A stretch of DNA of 64,000 nt from an uncultured Candidatus Rokubacteria bacterium (GTDB lineage: Bacteria > Methylomirabilota > Methylomirabilia > Rokubacteriales > CSP1-6): positions 1,536,001 to 1,600,000 of the forward strand of contig CAVYTA010000006.1 in NCBI GenBank assembly GCA_963771355.1. Direction: 5' to 3'. Positions 58,278-64,000 of the stretch are shown here, in pieces. The notes beneath the pieces are model-generated. The model searched no databases. It was not told where the DNA came from and saw nothing but the letters and a program-made list of their open reading frames with translations. The translations under genes were made by a program, and so were the position numbers. Within the stretch, counting starts at the first letter, position 1, and each line of letters begins with the position of its first letter.

Positions 58278-60827
58278 TCAGCGCGGCGGGCGGGCCAGGT
58301 AGGCAGCGAGGGCGGTGGACTCGCGCTCCTGGAACCGCGCCGCCACGCGGAGCTGCTCCAGGTACTGCTCCAGCGTCTTCCCGCCCAGGGTGATCTTGTT
58401 GCGCTCGAAGAACTCCCGCACGTCGCGCTCCCACTCGGGGCTCACCAGGCTCGTCACGCCCTCGTAGAGACGACGGTAGGCGCTCGCCGGGTACTGCCCG
58501 GCCATCGCTTCCCAGTGCTCCTTGACGAATTCCCAGGCCAGCCCGCGTGCGTACACGGAGCCCAGCATGGAGCGGATCAGGAAGGGTGCGTCCTGGCTTC
58601 GCACCTCGCCGTTGAGCGTTCGCTCGAGCGTCTGCCGGATGAGCGCGGGCTCGCGGAAGGCGCCCAGCGCGTAGAGGTAGCGCTGCTCCTCCTGCGGGTT
58701 CCGCGCGTTGCGGAACCGCTGGAAGAAGTCCGCATACTCGCGCTCGCCGCCGGTGAAGGCCAGGATGGCGATGACCGCGGGCAGGACATTGGGATCCAGC
58801 ACCGACTCGTCCTCGACGTACCGGGCCCACATCGCGCGCGCCTGCGCCTGCGTCTCCTCGTCGTTGCCGAGGGTGCCGAGCACTCGGAGGAGGTCGCCGC
58901 GGAGCTGCCGGACGAGCTCGCTCTCGCCCGCCTCGCGCTCCCAGCCCAGACGCTCGGCGGCGAGGCCCACCCGGTGGCGCACGAAGGCCTCCAGCCCGGG
59001 CCGAGCGCTCTCGGGCAGCACCCGGTTGACGTAGCCGAGGGAGCCGGTCAGGACCATCCACACATTGCGGTCCCTCTCCTCGCGGAAGCGCCCGGTCAGC
59101 TCCAGGTACTCCACCACCGGCAGGAGGCCGGCCTGGGCCAGCGCGAAGGCGTCACTCGCCACGTTGAAGCGGTCGATGGGCGGCACCTTGGCAACCGAGC
59201 GCGCGAGCTTCTTGAGCATGGCGGGGGCGTACCCGACCCGGAAGAAGCCATGACCACCCGTGTTCGCGAGCACCCAGTCCGGCGCCGCCGGCAGCTCGAC
59301 CCGCGTCTCCGCCTCCCCGAGCAGCAGGCGCTTGTCCACCCATCCGCCCTTCACCGAGGCGCGCAGGAAGATGGGGATGCGCCAGCGCTCGTCGGGGCTG
59401 CCCTCCGCGCCGAGATAGGTGAAGCGGCGCTGGGAGAGCTTGACCCCCGCTCCGTCGGCCTCGACGGACACCAGCGGATAGCCCGGCCGGAATATCCAGG
59501 CGTCCATGATCTCGGGGATGGGCTGGCCCGACGCCTTGCCCAGCGCCTTCCAGAGATCGGTGGTCTCGGCGTTGCCGTAGCGGTGGTCGTCAAGATACAG
59601 GCGCACGCCTTCTCGAAACACCGCCGGGCCGATGGACTGCTCGAGCATGCGGAGCACGCCGGCGCCCTTCTCGTAGGTAAGGAGGTCGAACATCGCCTCG
59701 CAGTCTTGCGGGGCCCTCACCTCGAACTCGATCGGCCGCGTGGACAGGAGCCCGTCCACCCCCATCGCCGCCGAGCGGGAGACGCCGAAGTTCACCCAGC
59801 GCTCCCACTCCGGCTTCCAGGCGTCCACCGCGAGCATCTCCATGAAGGTGGCGAAGGCCTCGTTGAGCCAGATGCCGTTCCACCACACCATGGTCACGAG
59901 ATCGCCGAACCACATGTGGGCCAGCTCGTGGGCCACCACGTCGGCCACGCGCTCCAGCTCGGAGTGCGACGCCGCGGTCTCGTCCACCAGGAGCGCGGTC
60001 TCGCGGAAGGTGATGGCGCCGAGATTTTCCATGGCCCCCGCCGCGAAGTCCGGAATGGCGAGGAAGTCGACCTTGTCACCCGGATAGGGGATGCCGTAGT
60101 ACTTCTCGAAGAAGTCCAGGGCAAAGGCCCCGCAGTCCAGCGCGAAGCGCGCCAGGGGCGCCTTGCCCGGCACGCACCACACGCGCAGCGGGGTAGACCC
60201 CACCATCACCGGCGCGGTGGCCTCCAGCTCGCCCACGATGAAGGCGACCAGGTAGGTGGACATCTTGATCGAGTCGGCGAAGCGCACCACCCGGCGGCCG
60301 CCCTCCGCCGGCTCCTCGCTCACCACCGCGGTGTTGGAGATGGCGGCGAGCCCGGCCGGGACCACCAGGGTGACGGAGAACACCGCCTTGCCGGCGGGCT
60401 CGTCCCAGCACGGGAAGGCTCGCCGCGCGTCGGTGGCCTCGAACTGGGTGGCGGCGATGGTGTGGGTGACGCCGGCGGCGTCCTTGTAGGTGCTGCGGTA
60501 GAAGCCGCGCAGCCGGTCGTTGAGGGTCCCGGTGAAGGCCAGCGTGAGCCGCCACTCCCCCGGCGCGAGGGCCGACGGGAAGAGGAGTCGCGCCCGCTCC
60601 TGCGCCTCCTCGAGCACGGCCGACCCCTGCACCACGGTGCCGGCAGCGTCGCGGATGGACACCGCCTGGATCGCGAGCTCGGCGGCATTCAGCACGATCT
60701 CGGTCACCGGCTCGCGGATGGTGACGGTCACCGTTTCCTCGCCCGCGAAGGTGGCGGCGTCGAGATCGGGCACGAGTCGGAGCTCGTAGCGGTTCGGCAC
60801 CACGGACGACGGCAACCGATAGTCCAT
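58278..60827 (-). CDS. M1 family aminopeptidase (puromycin-sensitive/ERAP1-type)
   Basis: YRLP, TQFEATDARRAFPCWDEP, GAMEN, HELAHMWFG..LNE, YEKG. True start ATG 60827. Confidence 0.93.
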   Translation of the reverse strand: MDYRLPSSVVPNRYELRLVPDLDAATFAGEETVTVTIREPVTEIVLNAAELAIQAVSIRDAAGTVVQGSAVLEEAQERARLLFPSALAPGEWRLTLAFTGTLNDRLRGFYRSTYKDAAGVTHTIAATQFEATDARRAFPCWDEPAGKAVFSVTLVVPAGLAAISNTAVVSEEPAEGGRRVVRFADSIKMSTYLVAFIVGELEATAPVMVGSTPLRVWCVPGKAPLARFALDCGAFALDFFEKYYGIPYPGDKVDFLAIPDFAAGAMENLGAITFRETALLVDETAASHSELERVADVVAHELAHMWFGDLVTMVWWNGIWLNEAFATFMEMLAVDAWKPEWERWVNFGVSRSAAMGVDGLLSTRPIEFEVRAPQDCEAMFDLLTYEKGAGVLRMLEQSIGPAVFREGVRLYLDDHRYGNAETTDLWKALGKASGQPIPEIMDAWIFRPGYPLVSVEADGAGVKLSQRRFTYLGAEGSPDERWRIPIFLRASVKGGWVDKRLLLGEAETRVELPAAPDWVLANTGGHGFFRVGYAPAMLKKLARSVAKVPPIDRFNVASDAFALAQAGLLPVVEYLELTGRFREERDRNVWMVLTGSLGYVNRVLPESARPGLEAFVRHRVGLAAERLGWEREAGESELVRQLRGDLLRVLGTLGNDEETQAQARAMWARYVEDESVLDPNVLPAVIAILAFTGGEREYADFFQRFRNARNPQEEQRYLYALGAFREPALIRQTLERTLNGEVRSQDAPFLIRSMLGSVYARGLAWEFVKEHWEAMAGQYPASAYRRLYEGVTSLVSPEWERDVREFFERNKITLGGKTLEQYLEQLRVAARFQERESTALAAYLARPPR

Positions 60828-60902
60828 GACGTTGAAGGATACCAAAATCCATGGAGCGGCACACTTGACATCTCTTCGGCGGCGGGCCCACACTCGCCAG
60901 GC

Positions 60903-61712
60903 GTGAGAACCCTTCGGGATCGCGTCGCGCTGGTGACGGGCGGGGGCAGCGGCATCGGCCGCGCGCTCTGCCTCGCCTTCGCGGGCGACGGCGCGCGCGC
61001 GGTGGTGGTGGCCGACGTCGACGAGACCGGCATGGCGGAGACCGCGGCGGCGGTGGAACGCGCGGGCAGCCGCGCCGTCACCGTGCGCACCGACGTGAGC
61101 CGCCGGGCGGACGTCGAGGCCCTGGCCGATCGCGCCTGGCGCGAGTGCGGGGCGGTGGACGTCCTCTGCAACAATGCCGGCATCGCGCTGTGGGGTGGGC
61201 TCGACAAGGCCACGCATCAGGACTGGGAGTGGGCCATCGGCGTGAACCTGTGGGGCGTGATCCACGGGGTCGAGGCCTTTGTCCCGCGCATGATCGCGCA
61301 GAAGACGGACGGCCACATCGTCAACACCGCCTCCATGGCCGGGCTCATCGCCTCCGAGGGCCTCGGCGTCTACAACACCACCAAGTACGCGGTGGTCGGG
61401 CTCTCGGAGACGCTCCAGAAGGACCTGCGCGCGCATCAGATCGGCGTGTCCGTCCTTTGTCCCATGGGCGTGAAGACCGCCATCCGCCAGAGCGCGCGGA
61501 GCCGGCCCGAGGCGCTGCGCAATCCCGCCGAGGCCGACTCCGGCGGCGAGGTCGAGCTGATCGGCCGCTATCTCACCCCCGAGCACGTGGCGGAGCGCGT
61601 GCTGCGGGCCATCCACGACAACCGTCTCTATGTCATCACCCACGCGGAGGGGCTCGAGCCGCTGCGGCGGCGCCTCGCCCGCATGGAAAAAGCCATCGAG
61701 GAGTGCCAGTGA
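60903..61712 (+). CDS. Short-chain dehydrogenase/reductase
   Basis: TGGGSGIG, NNAG, NTAS, YNTTK. GTG start. Confidence 0.92.
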   Translation: MRTLRDRVALVTGGGSGIGRALCLAFAGDGARAVVVADVDETGMAETAAAVERAGSRAVTVRTDVSRRADVEALADRAWRECGAVDVLCNNAGIALWGGLDKATHQDWEWAIGVNLWGVIHGVEAFVPRMIAQKTDGHIVNTASMAGLIASEGLGVYNTTKYAVVGLSETLQKDLRAHQIGVSVLCPMGVKTAIRQSARSRPEALRNPAEADSGGEVELIGRYLTPEHVAERVLRAIHDNRLYVITHAEGLEPLRRRLARMEKAIEECQ

Positions 61713-62639
61713 ATGCGCTTTGAGCCAGTAGTCGGCTGGGGCACGCTGCCCGCCGGATGGCGTTACGTCGAGGTCGCCGGCGTGGCGGTGGACGCCAAGG
61801 ACAATGTCTTCTGCTTCACGCGGGGCGAGCATCCCGTCATCGTCTTCGATCGCGACGGCAAGTTCCTCCGCTCCTGGGGCGAGGGACAGATCCGGCGCGC
61901 CCACGGGATCTCCCTCGACGCCGAGGGCATGCTGTGGCTCACCGACGACCTCCACCACACCAGCCGCAAGTTCACGCCGGAGGGTAAGCTCCTCCTCACC
62001 ATCGGGGATCCGGACACGCCGTCCTCCCTCCAGGGCGGCCGGCCCTTCAACCGGCCCACCCACGTCGCCGTCTGCCCGCGAACCGGCAATCTGTATCTCT
62101 CCGACGGCTACGGGAACTCCCGCGTCCACAAGTACGCGCCCGACGGCCGGCATCTGCTGTCGTGGGGCGAGCCCGGCACCGATCCCGGGCAGTTCAATCT
62201 CCCTCACAATCTCACTACCGACCGGAACGGGCTCGTTTACGTGGCCGACCGCGAGAACCACCGGGTGCAGATCTTCGACGGGGAGGGGCGCTACCAGGGC
62301 CAGTGGAACAACCTGCACCGCCCGTGCGGGCTCTACACCGACCGGCGCCAGGACGATCACCTCTACGTGGGCGAGCTCGGCTCGGCGCTCCCGGTGACGG
62401 CGCAGACGCCCAACATCGGCCCGCGCGTCACCGTGCTGAACGCCAAGGGTGAGCGGGTGGCGCGCTTCGGCGGCCAGTTCGAGGGCGAGAAGCCGGGCGA
62501 GTTCACCGCCCCGCATAGCGTGGTGACCGACTCGCGGGGCGATGTGTACGTGTCCGAGGTCTCGTGGACGGCCAAGGGAAGCCTCCAGAGCCCGCCGCGC
62601 GAGATCCGGTCGCTGCAGAAATTCCGCCGGCTGGACTAG
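61713..62639 (+). CDS. NHL-repeat beta-propeller (peptidyl-alpha-hydroxyglycine lyase-like)
   Basis: FNRPTHVAV, SDGYGNSRVHK, GQFNLPH, VADRENHRVQIFD, FTAPH. Confidence 0.88.
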   Translation: MRFEPVVGWGTLPAGWRYVEVAGVAVDAKDNVFCFTRGEHPVIVFDRDGKFLRSWGEGQIRRAHGISLDAEGMLWLTDDLHHTSRKFTPEGKLLLTIGDPDTPSSLQGGRPFNRPTHVAVCPRTGNLYLSDGYGNSRVHKYAPDGRHLLSWGEPGTDPGQFNLPHNLTTDRNGLVYVADRENHRVQIFDGEGRYQGQWNNLHRPCGLYTDRRQDDHLYVGELGSALPVTAQTPNIGPRVTVLNAKGERVARFGGQFEGEKPGEFTAPHSVVTDSRGDVYVSEVSWTAKGSLQSPPREIRSLQKFRRLD

Positions 62640-62652
62640 GACGGGGCCGCGC

Positions 62653-63849
62653 GTGACGGACGGCGAGGTCGGCTTCAACCCGTTCCTCCCCGAGTTCCAC
62701 GCCGATCCCTATCCCTTCTACCGGCGCCTGCGCGAGGCCGACCCGGTTCACCTCAGCTCCCTCGGCCTGTGGGTGCTCACCCGCTACGACGACTGCGTGA
62801 CCTGCCTCCGTGATCCGCGCTTCGGCCGCGACGGCTTCGAGCTGCTGCTGGCGCAGTTCGGCGAGGGCTCCGGCAAGCCCCTGCCCCGCTCCATGCTCTT
62901 CCGCGACCCGCCCGACCACACTCGGCTCCGCTCGCTGGTCAACCGCGCCTTCACGCCGCGCGTGATCGAGGGATTGCGGAGCCACATCCAGGGCATCGTG
63001 GACCGACTCCTGGACCGGGTGCAGTCCCGGGGCGAGATGGACGTGATCGGCGACCTCGCCTATCCCCTGCCGGTCACGGTGATCTGCGACATGCTGGGCG
63101 TCCCCGTCGCCGACCACGAGCAGATCAAGGAGTGGTCGTCGGACATCATCCGGAGCCTGGACGCCATCGGGGTGCCGTCCGACGAGACCATCGTCGCACG
63201 CGGCCGCGTCGGCCGGGAGGGCATCGCCGACTACTTCCGCGGTCTCCTGCCCGAGCGCCGGCGGAATCCGCGCGCGGATCTCCTCTCCTCGCTCATCGCG
63301 GTCGAGGAGCAGGGCGACCGCCTGACCGAGGGCGAGCTCCTCTCCACCTGCGTGCTGCTCTTCATCGCCGGCCATGAGACCACAGTGAACCTCATCGGCA
63401 ACGGCCTCCTCGCGCTGCTCCAGCACCGCGACCAGCTCGAGCGCCTCCTCGCCGACCCGGGCCTGGTAGGGACCGCGGTGGAGGAGCTGCTTCGCTTCGA
63501 CAGCCCGGTGCAGCGCACCGCGCGCATCACCAACGCGGAGGTGGAGCTCGGCGGGAAGGTCCTGCCGAAGGGCGCCTTCGTCGTCGCCGCCATCGGCGCC
63601 GCCAATCGCGATCCCGCCCACTTCGCCGATCCGGACCGCCTCGACATCGCGCGGGCCGACAACCGGCACATCGCCTTCGGCTTCGGCATTCACTTCTGCC
63701 TGGGCGCCCCGCTGGCCCGCGTCGAAGGTCAGATCGCGCTGCAGTCGCTCCTCCGCCGGATGCCCCGACTCCGCCTCGCGAGCCCCGAGCCCGGGTGGCG
63801 CGAATCGTCCACGCTGCGCGGCCTCAAGGCGCTCCCGGTCGCGTTCTAG
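62653..63849 (+). CDS. Cytochrome P450
   Basis: DPPDHTRLR, AGHETT, EELLR (ExxR), FGFGIHFCLG heme motif. GTG start 62653. Confidence 0.93.
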   Translation: MTDGEVGFNPFLPEFHADPYPFYRRLREADPVHLSSLGLWVLTRYDDCVTCLRDPRFGRDGFELLLAQFGEGSGKPLPRSMLFRDPPDHTRLRSLVNRAFTPRVIEGLRSHIQGIVDRLLDRVQSRGEMDVIGDLAYPLPVTVICDMLGVPVADHEQIKEWSSDIIRSLDAIGVPSDETIVARGRVGREGIADYFRGLLPERRRNPRADLLSSLIAVEEQGDRLTEGELLSTCVLLFIAGHETTVNLIGNGLLALLQHRDQLERLLADPGLVGTAVEELLRFDSPVQRTARITNAEVELGGKVLPKGAFVVAAIGAANRDPAHFADPDRLDIARADNRHIAFGFGIHFCLGAPLARVEGQIALQSLLRRMPRLRLASPEPGWRESSTLRGLKALPVAF

Positions 63850-63885
63850 GGGGCGCGGCCGGCGGGCGACGTTAGCGGCGCGGGC

Positions 63886-64000
63886 TCACGCGCGGCGCGG
63901 GAGGGCGAAGTAGCGCTGGAGCAGGGGCGCCCACGCTTCGAGCCGGCGCGTCGGCCGGTCGGGCACCTTGGCGAGATCGTCCCAGCGCCGGAGACGCACC
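63886..64000 (-). CDS. C-terminal fragment of a probable HD-domain protein (PhnZ/TmpB-like); runs off window end
   Basis: Hand translation gives VRLRRWDDLAKVPDRPTRRLEAWAPLLQRYFALPRRA-stop; LRRWDD.AK resembles the PhnZ-type C-terminal motif. Confidence 0.55.
   Translation of the reverse strand, partial: VRLRRWDDLAKVPDRPTRRLEAWAPLLQRYFALPRRA

Noticed and set aside
60828..62678. 600-aa N-terminal extension of the aminopeptidase in the ORF track (1466 aa)
   Set aside because: It is the stop-free antisense of the SDR and NHL genes; M1 homology starts at MDYRLP (60827).

Overview
A very GC-rich, gene-dense bacterial chromosomal window with about 58 CDSs. I found no rRNA, tRNA, CRISPR array, IS element or prophage. 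The gene content (zinc-ribbon/cyclase/AAA/TPR protein, F420-type LLM, NHL protein, amidase, several sigma54 systems) suggests Candidatus Rokubacteria/Methylomirabilota; this is inference only. Two modules stand out. (1) At 18.2-32.8 kb is an acetate/monocarboxylate locus: acs, a CrbS/CbrA-like SLC5-STAC-PAS histidine kinase, an NtrC-type regulator, and a sigma54 promoter with tandem upstream boxes. That promoter drives DUF4212, an ActP-like symporter, a CBS-DUF294 nucleotidyltransferase and a membrane-anchored HAMP-PAS-DEDDh exonuclease, a possible nucleotidyl writer/eraser pair. (2) At 32.8-53.3 kb is a corrinoid methyl-transfer and sulfur region. It holds a split methionine synthase (B12-binding, Hcy-methyltransferase and reactivation modules, with no pterin-binding module in the window) translationally coupled behind a persulfide dioxygenase-rhodanese gene. 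Nearby are a YitJ-type Hcy-MT/MTHFR, a D-cysteine desulfhydrase-family gene and a DUF169 fused to an MtaA/MtsA-like zinc methyltransferase, divergent from a Virulence_fact-domain gene. I propose this as a candidate route from methylated thiols to methionine. Two clear single-base frameshifts (Slp lipoprotein, family-5 UDG) suggest assembly indels, so single-residue oddities need read-level checks. All family assignments come from recognising motifs by eye; no database searches were run.
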